In this document: positions 45,218 to 54,334 of the stretch, piece after piece
Layout: each line of letters starts with the position of its first letter
Position numbering within the stretch: the first letter of the stretch is position 1
Assembly (NCBI GenBank): GCA_040880005.1
Contig: JBBDJG010000015.1
Span: 61,588 to 125,587, forward strand
Source: Solirubrobacterales bacterium
GTDB lineage: Bacteria; Actinomycetota; Thermoleophilia; Solirubrobacterales; JBBDJG01
Length of the DNA: 64,000 nt
Reading direction: 5' to 3'
Position numbers and translations under genes: made by a program
Notes under the pieces: model-generated
Database searches by the model: none
What the model was told of the DNA's origin: nothing
Seen by the model: only the letters and a program-made list of their open reading frames with translations

Positions 45218-46858
45218 TCAGCGCTTGACCCGCACCCGCAGGGTCTTGGCGACTCTGTTGCCGGCCGCGTCGCGGACGACGACTCTGATCCTGGCGGTTG
45301 CCTTTCGGCTGCGCCGCAGGGCGCCCGCGAGTTGACGTCGCGACCTGCTCGAGAGCTTCAGCTTGAGGGTGCGCTTTTTCCCCTTCTTCAGCGCCCGCCG
45401 AGCGCGTTTGAGCTTGATGCGTTTCACGGCCGCCGAGGCCTGCTTCGAGAGGCCGATCGAGCCGGTCGCCGTGGCCGTGCAGGCGACGTCCGCGCACTTG
45501 ACCGAGACCGTGACGCCCCGCCGGCGCAGTGCGGATTGGTTTTTTCGCGCGCTCGTTTGGACCGTGATGTTGGGGGTCGTGAAGCTGCCGGTGTCGGCGG
45601 CGGTCGGCTTGCCGTTGCGCAGCACGCTTTGTCCGGTGAACACGACCTGGGTGGACGTGCCCTCGTTGTCGGTGACCGTCAGTGTCGCGGTGTGCTTGCC
45701 CTTGCGGGCGTAGACGTGAGCGGGGGTGGCCCCGCCGTCGGGCAGCGTGGCGCCGTCACCGAAATTCCAATCGAAGCGCGTCACGGTTCCGTCGGGACTG
45801 CTCGACGCCGAGCCGTCGAAGCGAGTCGTGGCCCCCGCGGCGGCGACCTTCGTGGTGAAGCTGGCGGTGGGCGCCTGGTCTGGCGTGATCGCGAGCGCTT
45901 CGGGGTTCGACTGGAGCGTCACGAACCCCTGCGAGCTCGCCGCCGAAGCGTCGAACGCGGTCACCCGTCCGTCGGTGCCGACGCTGTCGGAGACATAGAG
46001 GCGCGCGCCGTCGGGTGTGAACGCGATGCGCGACGACCCTGTCGGCGACGAGATCGTCGGCGACGTCAGTGACTCGCTCGCCACGTCGATCGCGCTGACG
46101 GTGCCGCCCAGCGAGGCGACGAAGGCCTTCTGCCCGTCGGGAGCCACGGCGATGCCGCGAGGATCGCCCCCGATTGGGATTGTCTTGGTGGCCGTGCCCG
46201 CCGCTGTCGAGATCACGGTCACGGTCGATGCGCCGACGTTCGAGACGAACAGCTTCGAGCCGTCGGGCGTGATCGTGAGCCGGGTCGGATCGGCGCCGGC
46301 GGGAATCGGAGAGCCGATCACGGTGTTGGAAGCGGTGTCGATCACCGAGACGGTGTTGGGTGTGTCGCTTCCCACGTACAGGCGGGAGCCGTCCGGGGTC
46401 AGCGCCATGCCGGCCGGCTGCGCGGGTACGACAATCGGAGAGCCGACGACGGCGTTCGATGACGTGTCGATCACCGACACCGTGCCCGAATCGAAGTTCG
46501 AGACGTAGCCCCTCGATGCAGTCGGGGAGATCGCGACGGTGTCGGGGTTGTTGCCGACGGGTACGGTGGCCACCACCGTCTGGCTGGAGGCGTCGATCAC
46601 CGACACACTGTCGCCGGTTGCGTTGGCGACGTAGGCGCGGGCGCCATCCGGCGTCAAAGCGATCGATACCGGTTCCAGCCCGACCACGATCGACGATCCC
46701 ACCAGCGAGTTGCTGGTGGTTTCGATCACGCTCACGCTGGAGTTGCCCGCCTGCGCAACGAACAGCTTGCGCGCATCGGCGGCCGGTGCTACGAGCAAAG
46801 CGAAGGTGACTGAAACAGGGAGGACGCGTTTGAGGATGTTGGCGTTCGACGCGACCAT
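45218..46858 (-). CDS. secreted YVTN-type beta-propeller repeat protein with PKD domain and K/R-rich C-terminal module
   Basis: 546 aa. Signal peptide. About 7 repeats of ...VSVIDTSSN.VVG.PI.VG..P.G.A.TPDG.R.YV... PKD-like FDWNFGDG...TLTVTDNEG. C-terminal 110 aa are very basic (KRIKLKRARRALKKGKKRTLKLKLS...RIRVVVRDAAGNRVAKTLRVRVKR). Confidence 0.8.
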   Translation of the reverse strand: MVASNANILKRVLPVSVTFALLVAPAADARKLFVAQAGNSSVSVIETTSNSLVGSSIVVGLEPVSIALTPDGARAYVANATGDSVSVIDASSQTVVATVPVGNNPDTVAISPTASRGYVSNFDSGTVSVIDTSSNAVVGSPIVVPAQPAGMALTPDGSRLYVGSDTPNTVSVIDTASNTVIGSPIPAGADPTRLTITPDGSKLFVSNVGASTVTVISTAAGTATKTIPIGGDPRGIAVAPDGQKAFVASLGGTVSAIDVASESLTSPTISSPTGSSRIAFTPDGARLYVSDSVGTDGRVTAFDASAASSQGFVTLQSNPEALAITPDQAPTASFTTKVAAAGATTRFDGSASSSPDGTVTRFDWNFGDGATLPDGGATPAHVYARKGKHTATLTVTDNEGTSTQVVFTGQSVLRNGKPTAADTGSFTTPNITVQTSARKNQSALRRRGVTVSVKCADVACTATATGSIGLSKQASAAVKRIKLKRARRALKKGKKRTLKLKLSSRSRRQLAGALRRSRKATARIRVVVRDAAGNRVAKTLRVRVKR

Positions 46859-46878
46859 CTCGTACTACGGTAGTTGAC

Positions 46879-47682
46879 TCAGGCGACGGCGGCTGCAGTT
46901 CGCCGGGCGCGCGTGGCCCCGGGGCGCTCCTGCGCGTACATGCGAAGCGCAAAGCGCCCCGCCGGATGATCCCGGAACTCGAGCACGCGTGAGCGCATCG
47001 GCTCGGGTAGCAGATGCGGTTGCGGCAACGGAACCCCGTACTGCTCGGGAACGGTCACGGCAGCCGAGAGCGCGGCGAACGAGAGATCTGCCGCGGTGAA
47101 GCGCTCGCCGACAAGGAAACGCCGGCCGTCGGCGAGACGCTCGCCGACTTCGTCGAAGACCTCCTGGGTGCGGCTCAACGACGCGGCGGCCGTTTCGTCG
47201 TCGATGTCCAGGACCCGGTTGATCACCGGCGCGGCTGTGCGCCACAGGACCGGAAGCAGGCGTCTCTGCCAACCGGGAATCCCGGTGGCTCCGTACTCGC
47301 GCACCAGCTTCTTCTGGTCGGAGATGTTGTGGTACATCCACCGTCGAGCGTGGGGGCCGAGCACCTCGTCGAAGTGGTCTTCGAGCGTGCGCACCTCCCC
47401 GCCGGCCTGCTGATCCTCCAGGTAGAGCGAGGCGCCCGCATGGTCGGCGTATTCGAGGATCTCGGTCGAGTCCGCGAACACGCCGAGCGGGCAGACGAGC
47501 ACCGGTACCGTCAGCCCGCCCCCGGCCCGCCTTGCGGCGATCCTGTGGAGAACCTGCAGGTGGGCCTTTTCCCGGTAGGAGATACCGGCACGCTCGAGCG
47601 CCCAGCGAGCTTTCTCGCAGTAGTGGCTGATCGGGATGGTGATCAGCTCATGGGCCGGACTCTGCGTGCCGGCTGCGTTCAA
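46879..47682 (-). CDS. glutathione S-transferase-like protein
   Basis: 267 aa. N-terminal thioredoxin-like segment LITIPISHYCEKARWALERAGISYREK...VPVLV. Assignment by pattern only. Confidence 0.6.
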   Translation of the reverse strand: MNAAGTQSPAHELITIPISHYCEKARWALERAGISYREKAHLQVLHRIAARRAGGGLTVPVLVCPLGVFADSTEILEYADHAGASLYLEDQQAGGEVRTLEDHFDEVLGPHARRWMYHNISDQKKLVREYGATGIPGWQRRLLPVLWRTAAPVINRVLDIDDETAAASLSRTQEVFDEVGERLADGRRFLVGERFTAADLSFAALSAAVTVPEQYGVPLPQPHLLPEPMRSRVLEFRDHPAGRFALRMYAQERPGATRARRTAAAVA

Positions 47683-47717
47683 GGCGCCGGCCTTCGCCGA
47701 CGTTGGCAGACGCGGTA

Positions 47718-47921
47718 CTAGAGCGCCCGGACGTTGACTGCCTTCGGTCCCTTGTCGCCCTGCTCGGTGTCGAACTCGACCTTCTGTCCCTCTTTCAGGG
47801 ACTTGAAGCCCTCGCCCTGGATCTCGCTGTGATGAACGAAGAGATCCTTGGATCCCTCGTCCGAGGTCACGAAACCGAACCCCTTGTCGTCACTGAACCA
47901 CTTGACAGTTCCTGTTGCCAT
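47718..47921 (-). CDS. cspA: cold-shock protein (CspA family)
   Basis: Track ORF 47718..48386 trimmed to ATG 47921 with GGAGG 8 nt upstream. [34 protein letters not shown] contains the RNP1/RNP2 motifs. 67 aa. Confidence 0.92.
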   Translation of the reverse strand: MATGTVKWFSDDKGFGFVTSDEGSKDLFVHHSEIQGEGFKSLKEGQKVEFDTEQGDKGPKAVNVRAL

Positions 47922-47929
47922 GTTTTTTG

Positions 47930-47960
47930 CCTCCACGGCTATGTGCGAGGTACGCGGAGG
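47930..47960 (-). promoter_or_regulatory. possible SD-sequestering hairpin in the csp 5' leader
   Basis: On the csp sense strand, CCUCCGCG (complement of 47953-47960) can pair with CGUGGAGG (complement of 47930-47937, which contains the GGAGG Shine-Dalgarno). 8 bp including one G.U, with a 15-nt loop. Confidence 0.35.
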
Positions 47961-48137
47961 TGCACTAAGGCAACACACTGCGACACTGCACTGATTTGGC
48001 CGGATGACCCGGCTAGACGCTGGCACCATAGCATCACGGGCCCCGCGACCGGATCCGCTGGCCCTGCCCGCTTGCCGACCGACTATTCTGTGGCCGTGGC
48101 GCTGGATTCTCCCTCCGCAACCCGCGAGGAACCGAAA

Positions 48138-49100
48138 GTGGCCCGCGAGGCACCTACGGCGGCCCCTAGGGAGCCCAGGGCCAGCGACGTTCAGCCCGTG
48201 GCCCATGAGACCCGTGATCGTGCGATCACGGCCACCGTAACCATCGTGCCTTTTGTTGCGATCGGAATCGTGGTCTGGCAGGCATGGCAGAGCATGTTGC
48301 ACTGGCATGACTTGGTGGTCTTCGGGATCGTTTATGCGGCGACCGGCCTCGGGATAACCGTCGGCTTCCACCGCTATCTGACACATCGCAGCTTCTCCAC
48401 CTACCGGCCGATCCGGGCGACTCTGGCGATACTGGGCTCGGCGGCGATCGAGGGCCCGGTGATCTCCTGGGTTTCAGATCATCGCAAGCATCACGCCTTC
48501 TCCGATCGCCACGGCGATCCGCACAGTCCTCATGTCGATCACGGCGTCGGCTTCAGGGGAGCCCTCAAGGGGTTGGCGCACGCGCACCTGGGATGGCTGT
48601 TCATTCACACGCAGCGCGCTGCCAAGGATCGCTACGCGCCCGACCTCCAGCAGGATCCGGTGATCCGCTTCGTCGACCGCACCTTCGTGCTTTGGGTGAC
48701 GATCGGCCTGGTCGTTCCGTTCGGCCTCGGATGGGCGATCGGGGGGACGCTCGTTGCCGGCCTCACCGGCCTGCTCTGGGGTGGATTGATGCGCATTTTC
48801 GTTCTGCACCACGTCACCTACAGCATCAACTCGCTCTGCCATTTCTTCGGCCGCCAGCGTTTCGAGACTCACGATCACTCGAAGAATCTGCTGTGGCTCG
48901 CACTTCCATCGTTCGGCGAGGCGTGGCACAACAACCACCACGCGTTTCCGACATCCTCGGCGCATGGACTGAAGCGATGGGAGCGGATGCTCGATCCGGG
49001 CGCGCACGTGATCCGCGCGCTCGAGATGGCGGGACTGGCCTGGGACGTCGTTCGCGTCAGCCCCGAACGCGCCGCGGCCAAGACGATCCGCTCCATGTAG
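48138..49100 (+). CDS. membrane fatty-acid (acyl-CoA/acyl-lipid delta-9 type) desaturase
   Basis: Track ORF 47703..49100 trimmed to GTG 48138 (GAGGA 7 nt upstream). Histidine boxes HRYLTH, HRKHH, HNNHH. Four TM helices. Confidence 0.85.
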   Translation: MAREAPTAAPREPRASDVQPVAHETRDRAITATVTIVPFVAIGIVVWQAWQSMLHWHDLVVFGIVYAATGLGITVGFHRYLTHRSFSTYRPIRATLAILGSAAIEGPVISWVSDHRKHHAFSDRHGDPHSPHVDHGVGFRGALKGLAHAHLGWLFIHTQRAAKDRYAPDLQQDPVIRFVDRTFVLWVTIGLVVPFGLGWAIGGTLVAGLTGLLWGGLMRIFVLHHVTYSINSLCHFFGRQRFETHDHSKNLLWLALPSFGEAWHNNHHAFPTSSAHGLKRWERMLDPGAHVIRALEMAGLAWDVVRVSPERAAAKTIRSM

Positions 49101-49140
49101 GCCTGGCCCGCAAGCGACGCGAGGGCCGCCCGGCAGGAGA

Positions 49141-49920
49141 GTGACATGCAGCAGCGAATTGGCTCGCGTGTCCAGCGTCCGGCACCGCCTGGGTCCGCTT
49201 CCCTCGAACGGGATCTCCGAGGGCGCGCTGCTACAGGAGGTCTCCGATCTCGCGGGGCCGGCGCTCGAGCGGGTGCGCGCTCGCGGGCGATTCGATCGAG
49301 AGGTCGAGTCGAGCGTCGAAGCGATCGCACACGCGATCGACGCGCGCGACTCCTATACCTCGCGACATTCCGACGAAGTGGTTGAACTGGCGACGATCGT
49401 AGGAGGACGGCTCGGGCTGGATCGAGAGACGCTCGGGGAGTTGCAGACCGGTGCGCGCCTGCACGACGTCGGCAAGATCGCGATCCCAGATTCGATCCTC
49501 CAGAAGCAGGCATCGCTGGACACTGCCGAATGGGAGGTGATGAAGCAGCATCCGGTGGTCGGGTCCGATTTGCTGGAGCGAGTGTCCGGCCTCGAGCGGG
49601 TTGCCCGGATCGTTCGTTCCGAGCACGAGCGATGGGACGGAACCGGATACCCGGACGGGCTGCGGGCCGACCAGATCCCGCTGGCCAGCCGCATCATCTT
49701 CGTCTGCGACGCGTACCACGCCATGACCTCCGATCGTCCCTATCGGGAGGCGCTGCGGCCTTCGACGGCGGTCAGCGAGTTGCGTAGGTACGCCGGGCTG
49801 CAGTTCGATCCGAACGTCGTCGAGACCTTGATCCTCGAATTGCGCAGCCGTTCAGTGTCGACCCGCGTACCTGGCGGTCGTCCCGTGGCAGGACTGGTGG
49901 ATGGGGAAAGGGCGGGCTAG
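49141..49920 (+). CDS. HD-GYP domain protein (putative c-di-GMP phosphodiesterase), no receiver domain
   Basis: 259 aa (start uncertain). DSYTSRHSDEV, LHDVGKIAIP, HERWDGTGYPDGL motifs. Confidence 0.8.
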   Translation: MTCSSELARVSSVRHRLGPLPSNGISEGALLQEVSDLAGPALERVRARGRFDREVESSVEAIAHAIDARDSYTSRHSDEVVELATIVGGRLGLDRETLGELQTGARLHDVGKIAIPDSILQKQASLDTAEWEVMKQHPVVGSDLLERVSGLERVARIVRSEHERWDGTGYPDGLRADQIPLASRIIFVCDAYHAMTSDRPYREALRPSTAVSELRRYAGLQFDPNVVETLILELRSRSVSTRVPGGRPVAGLVDGERAG

Positions 49921-50274
49921 CTGGAGCGATGCTCCGGGTCTTGCTCACAGCGCCCCGTCCCCGGTTGCGCCCGGTCGCACAACCCCGGCTGGCAGGCTGG
50001 CCTGGAGCTGACGGCGCCTGGGCCGCAAGAGTCAAGATAGGGCGGCCGGCGGACGCGCTGGAGGAACTAAAAAAGCAACCGGGGGCGACGGTCTGGCCTG
50101 CCTCGCACATAGCCTGTGCGCGAATAAGCTCTTCCCGCCACCTATCGAGGGCGTGTCCCCGCTTGGCTTTCGCGAGTCCACACGCTCTCCCGGTCGCACG
50201 CGTGAACATATTCACGGGGCATCGGCGTTGCAAGCTCTGACCGGCCACGATCCCGCAATCTCCGACAAAATTAC

Positions 50275-51900
50275 TTGGCTACTGACGCCAATTCAGTCGA
50301 TGTCAACGCGGTCATGGGCCGCGTCGGCCTTCCCGCTCCGATCGAGGAGCTTGCCGCGCGCCAGTGGGATGCGATCGTCGTCGGCGGCGGCCACAACGGG
50401 CTGACCACGGCCGCTTACCTGGCGCGAGCGGGCAAGTCGGTCCTGGTGCTCGAAGCGCGTGAGCGCCTCGGCGGCGCGTGCACGCTGGAACGACCATTCC
50501 CCGACGACCGATATCTGGTCAGCCCCTGCGCGTACGTGGTCGGGCTGCTGGACGATCTCGTGGTGCGCGAGTTGAGCCTCGCAAAATATGGCTACCGCGT
50601 CTTTCCCGCCGACCCGAATCTCTGGTGTCCGTTCGAGGACGGGACCTCGTTTGCCGAGTTCATCGACTCCGATCGGACCGCGGCGCACATGCGCGCGAAC
50701 GGATTCTCCGAACGTGACGTCGCCGGCCTGTTCGCCTACGAGGACCTCTTCGATCGCATCCGGCTGGCGCTGCGACACGGCGCGCGAGGCGATACCTGGC
50801 TTGGATCGTCGCCGAGTCGCGCGCAGATCGAGCAGGCGCTGGGCGAAGACGAGGAGATGATCTCGGTCGTGTTCGAGCAGTCGATCGCCGACACGCTCGC
50901 GCGCTACGTCAGTGACGAACGCCTCGAGCACGCCCTGTTCGGCCAGGGCATCATCGGCGCGTTCGCCGGGCCGCGCGATCCGGGCACCGCCTCGGTCAAG
51001 CTGATGCACCATCAGGGCGACCTGCTCGGGCTTGGTTCGATCTGGGGCTACGTCGATGGAGGAATGGGCACGGTTTCGTTCGCGATCGCGCAGGCCGCGC
51101 ACGACGCCGGAGCGTCGCTTGCGGCGGGCGTGCCGGTCGCGCGAATCGTTCCCGGACAGGGCGTGGAGATCGAGAGCGGCGAGGCGATTCGCGCTCGCGT
51201 CGTGATCTCCAACGCCGACCCGAAGCGAACGCTGGCGATGCTCAGCGGCGCCGGACTACCGCAGGACTTTCGTGCGCGGCTCGAGAGCTGGCGGGTGCGC
51301 TCGCCGGTCGTCAAGCTCAACGCGGGGTTGCGCAAGTTGCCGACGTTCGACGCCGCCGGCGCGATCGAGCCGCATCGTGCGATGGTCACGATCGCATCGG
51401 GGCTCGACGCGGCTCAGGATGCGTTCGAGGCCTGCAAGCGCGGCGAGCCACGGATCGGCTTCGCCGAGCTGTACTTCCACAGTGCCTACGATGCGTCGGT
51501 CGCTCCGCCGGATCGCCATACGATGAGCGTGTTCGCGCAGTACGCGCCCTACGAGTTGGCTGACGGCGACTGGGACTCGCGGCGCGACGAGATCGAAGGC
51601 GCGATTCTGGGCGCGATCGGCGTCTACGCGCCCGACATCCGCGAGTGCGTCGAGCACAGCGAGCTGCTCGGCCCGCCGGACATCGAGCAGCGCGTTGGGC
51701 TCACCGGCGGCCAGATCTTCCAGGGCGAGGTTCTGCCGGACCAGATGTGGGAGCGCCGCTTCGATCATCGCACCCCAGTCGAAGGTCTCTACATGTGTGG
51801 CGCCGCGACGCACCCGGCCGGTTCTGTGATCGCCCTCAACGGGCGAAACGCGGCGATGGCGGTGCTGCAGGACTGCGGCGCGGCCGGCCCGGATCCCTGA
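50275..51900 (+). CDS. phytoene-desaturase-family NAD(P)/FAD-dependent oxidoreductase
   Basis: 541 aa (TTG 50275; ATG 50314 alternative). DAIVVGGGHNGLTTAAYLARAGKSVLVLEARERLGG dinucleotide motif. C-terminal GLYMCGAATHPAGSV. Confidence 0.8.
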   Translation: MATDANSVDVNAVMGRVGLPAPIEELAARQWDAIVVGGGHNGLTTAAYLARAGKSVLVLEARERLGGACTLERPFPDDRYLVSPCAYVVGLLDDLVVRELSLAKYGYRVFPADPNLWCPFEDGTSFAEFIDSDRTAAHMRANGFSERDVAGLFAYEDLFDRIRLALRHGARGDTWLGSSPSRAQIEQALGEDEEMISVVFEQSIADTLARYVSDERLEHALFGQGIIGAFAGPRDPGTASVKLMHHQGDLLGLGSIWGYVDGGMGTVSFAIAQAAHDAGASLAAGVPVARIVPGQGVEIESGEAIRARVVISNADPKRTLAMLSGAGLPQDFRARLESWRVRSPVVKLNAGLRKLPTFDAAGAIEPHRAMVTIASGLDAAQDAFEACKRGEPRIGFAELYFHSAYDASVAPPDRHTMSVFAQYAPYELADGDWDSRRDEIEGAILGAIGVYAPDIRECVEHSELLGPPDIEQRVGLTGGQIFQGEVLPDQMWERRFDHRTPVEGLYMCGAATHPAGSVIALNGRNAAMAVLQDCGAAGPDP

Positions 51901-52000
51901 GGCCGAGCGACCATGCGGCACGGCGTGCTTTCTCGAGTGGATGCCGATATGCTCAAGCGCTCCAACGTCACATGGACCGTTCAAACGGGGAGGGTTTGCC

Positions 52001-52429
52001 GTGCACTCGAGAAGCTTTCGTCGCGTACTGATCCCGATCGCGCTCGCGGGCGCGACCGCGCTCTTGGGTCCGGCTGCCGCGCAGGCTGCTTCGTACCCAA
52101 CCACGGTCGCGATCACGGGGGGTGGGCCGACCGGCGCTCAGGGAACGGTCTCCAGCGCCAAGCCGGCATGCCGCAAGGGCCGCACGGTGCATCTGCTCAG
52201 AAACGGCACCGAGGTCGGGACGGCAGTAACCATGACCGGCGGCGCCTGGTCGGTCAGCGCGTCGCTGCTCGCGGGCGTCTATCAGGCAAAGGTGGACGCG
52301 AAGACGGTGAGCGCCAGCAGCAGCTCGAGCGACAAGGCCGACACGAGCAAGAGGAAGAAAAAGAAGAAGAAGCGGAAGAGGCGACGGCACAGCTGCCTGA
52401 GTGGCGAGTCGTCCCCTACTCCGCTGTAG
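52001..52429 (+). CDS. small secreted protein with Ig/CarboxypepD_reg-like core and poly-Lys/Arg C-terminus
   Basis: Track ORF 51941..52429 trimmed to GTG 52001 (GGGGAGGG 7 nt upstream). Signal peptide VHSRSFRRVLIPIALAGATALLGPAAAQA. C-terminus ...SKRKKKKKKRKRRRHSCLSGESSPTPL. Confidence 0.6.
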   Translation: MHSRSFRRVLIPIALAGATALLGPAAAQAASYPTTVAITGGGPTGAQGTVSSAKPACRKGRTVHLLRNGTEVGTAVTMTGGAWSVSASLLAGVYQAKVDAKTVSASSSSSDKADTSKRKKKKKKRKRRRHSCLSGESSPTPL

Positions 52430-52629
52430 GCCGGGGAGCGGCCTGCCGATCGCGGTGAGGACCGCGAGGGCGAGCAGAGGGTAAACCGACGCCAAGCGCC
52501 TCGAGCGCTTGGCCATGGCGCTGCTGGACATCCTGCGGGCGCAGAGCGAAAAACTTCAGGGCGCCGCAACTTGTGTCGATTGGCGTCCGTATGCCTGCCT
52601 TTTCAAGCCAGAAAGCAAGGAGATCTCCC

Positions 52630-54048
52630 GTGTCAGTACGTATCCGACGGTTTGCAACTCGTAGCGCTGCGCTCGCGGCGGGATCGTGCGGCTTACTGGC
52701 GCTGTCGGTAGCCTCGGCCGGGGCCGTCGCCGTCCCAGACGGGATGCCCACGCAGGCGCAGACCGATCTCTCTTCCAGCGACCCGGGCAGTCCTGGTTCG
52801 GGCTGGGGCGATATGGCCGGCGGAAACGCCGCCCGTCCTTACGTCCTGTCGCTCACCGTCATCAACGGCGGCGTATCGACTCCAGTCGTCACCAACGGCA
52901 CCACCACCCCCGGAGTGGTCCCAAGCGGCGGTGTCACGACCGTGGTGTCGCCGTTCAACCTCTGCCCGGCCGGCCAAACGCCGGACGGCTCCTGCTACTC
53001 GACCCCGAACCGCGTCGGGCTGACGGTTGGCTACGGCGCGACCGACACGACTGGCTACAACTTCGGTGAGCCGAGCGTTCCGGTCAGTCCGACCGTTGAC
53101 GCAAACACGATCTTCGACATCACCGTCGCGCTCAACACGCTCGGCAAGAGCCTTCGCTGGGCCTGGGCAAACGGCGATCTGCTGTATTGGAAGACGACCA
53201 ACCTCGGCCAGGACAACGCAACCGTTCGGATCAAGTTCAAGCCGGCTCCACAACCGTTCGTGAACTCCTATCCGCCGGGCGCCGGCTGCACGGCGACGCC
53301 GATCATGAACTGCTCGATTCAGAGCGCCGATGCCGACGTGCTGGCGGCGAACATGTTCTTCAGCCTCGACGACACACTCGACCCCGCATTGACCGGAGCG
53401 ATATTCGCGACCAAGAACGCGATATCGGGCTACCTGGAGCCGGGCGGCACCGCACAGGCGCCTTCGCTCGACATGCAGGTCGCATCGACCCACACGAAGG
53501 CGGGCGGCGCGGCGCAGATCGGCACGCTCCAGGCGTTGATCCCGGCCGCGGCGCTGCTCAACCTCTACGGGATCCTGCCAGGCGACGCGTCGACAGCTTT
53601 CAGCACGACCCGCTCGGGAGCCTCGGGGACCAACGACGCGCCGACCTATGAGCAGTGGACCGAAGCGGCCGAAGGCTCCGACGGGCTGCTTGTCAACGTC
53701 GAGGGGATCACGTTCAGCGTTCCCGCCTACCGCGTCGCCGGCAAGCTCAAGCGAGTCGCGGTGCGGGCCAAGGTGCGGGGCGCCAAGACGAACATCACCG
53801 CATCGATCTCCAAGTGCAGCAAGCGCAGCAAGTGCCTGGCGACGGTCTATAGATTGGGCAAGGACCCCGCCAAGCAGTACATCGCCACCAAGAAGCTCGT
53901 GTTGAAGAACAACAGCGTCAAGGCCAAGAAGCTGTCGCTCAACGCGCCGGCCTCCAAGCTGAAGAAGGGCGACCGGCTGCTGCTTGTCGTCCACTCCGCG
54001 AAAAAGAAGAAGAAGCTGCTCGCGTCGAGCATCGCCACCGTTCGCTGA
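52630..54048 (+). CDS. secreted hypothetical protein with K-rich C-terminal module
   Basis: Track ORF 52573..54048 trimmed to GTG 52630 (AAGGAG upstream). Signal peptide ...LLALSVASAGAVA. C-terminal ~110 aa are basic (KLKRVAVRAKVRGAK...KKLVLKNNSVKAKKLSLNAPASKLKKGDRLLLVVHSAKKKKKLL). Confidence 0.65.
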   Translation: MSVRIRRFATRSAALAAGSCGLLALSVASAGAVAVPDGMPTQAQTDLSSSDPGSPGSGWGDMAGGNAARPYVLSLTVINGGVSTPVVTNGTTTPGVVPSGGVTTVVSPFNLCPAGQTPDGSCYSTPNRVGLTVGYGATDTTGYNFGEPSVPVSPTVDANTIFDITVALNTLGKSLRWAWANGDLLYWKTTNLGQDNATVRIKFKPAPQPFVNSYPPGAGCTATPIMNCSIQSADADVLAANMFFSLDDTLDPALTGAIFATKNAISGYLEPGGTAQAPSLDMQVASTHTKAGGAAQIGTLQALIPAAALLNLYGILPGDASTAFSTTRSGASGTNDAPTYEQWTEAAEGSDGLLVNVEGITFSVPAYRVAGKLKRVAVRAKVRGAKTNITASISKCSKRSKCLATVYRLGKDPAKQYIATKKLVLKNNSVKAKKLSLNAPASKLKKGDRLLLVVHSAKKKKKLLASSIATVR

Positions 54049-54066
54049 CGGCAATAGAATCGCGCG

Positions 54067-54327
54067 ATGGCGGTTCTGAGGCTTCGCGCTCCTCTCAGGG
54101 GGCTCGCCGGTGGCCACCGGGAGCAACCGATCGAAGGTGATACCGTGGCCGGATCGCTGCGCGAGCTGGAACACAAGTACCCTGAATTGGCGGGGTGGAT
54201 CCTCGACGAGCGTGGCCGGATCCGCCGGCACATCAATGTGTTCGTGAACGGCGAGCGGGCAGCGGAAGACACGCCGATTGGCACCGACGATCGAGTCGAT
54301 GTGCTCCCGGCTATCTCAGGAGGGTGA
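54067..54327 (+). CDS. MoaD/ThiS-family ubiquitin-like protein ending in Gly-Gly
   Basis: 86 aa. ...HINVFVNGERAAEDTPIGTDDRVDVLPAISGG followed by the stop. Beta-grasp sulfur-carrier pattern. Confidence 0.75.
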   Translation: MAVLRLRAPLRGLAGGHREQPIEGDTVAGSLRELEHKYPELAGWILDERGRIRRHINVFVNGERAAEDTPIGTDDRVDVLPAISGG

Positions 54328-54334
54328 TGCGTAG

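Noticed and set aside
45756-46952. 398-aa minus-strand ORF in a different frame of the beta-propeller gene and the GST gene junction.
   Set aside because: It is an off-frame overlap with a well-supported repeat protein. The Arg-rich translation has no periodic YVTN repeats.
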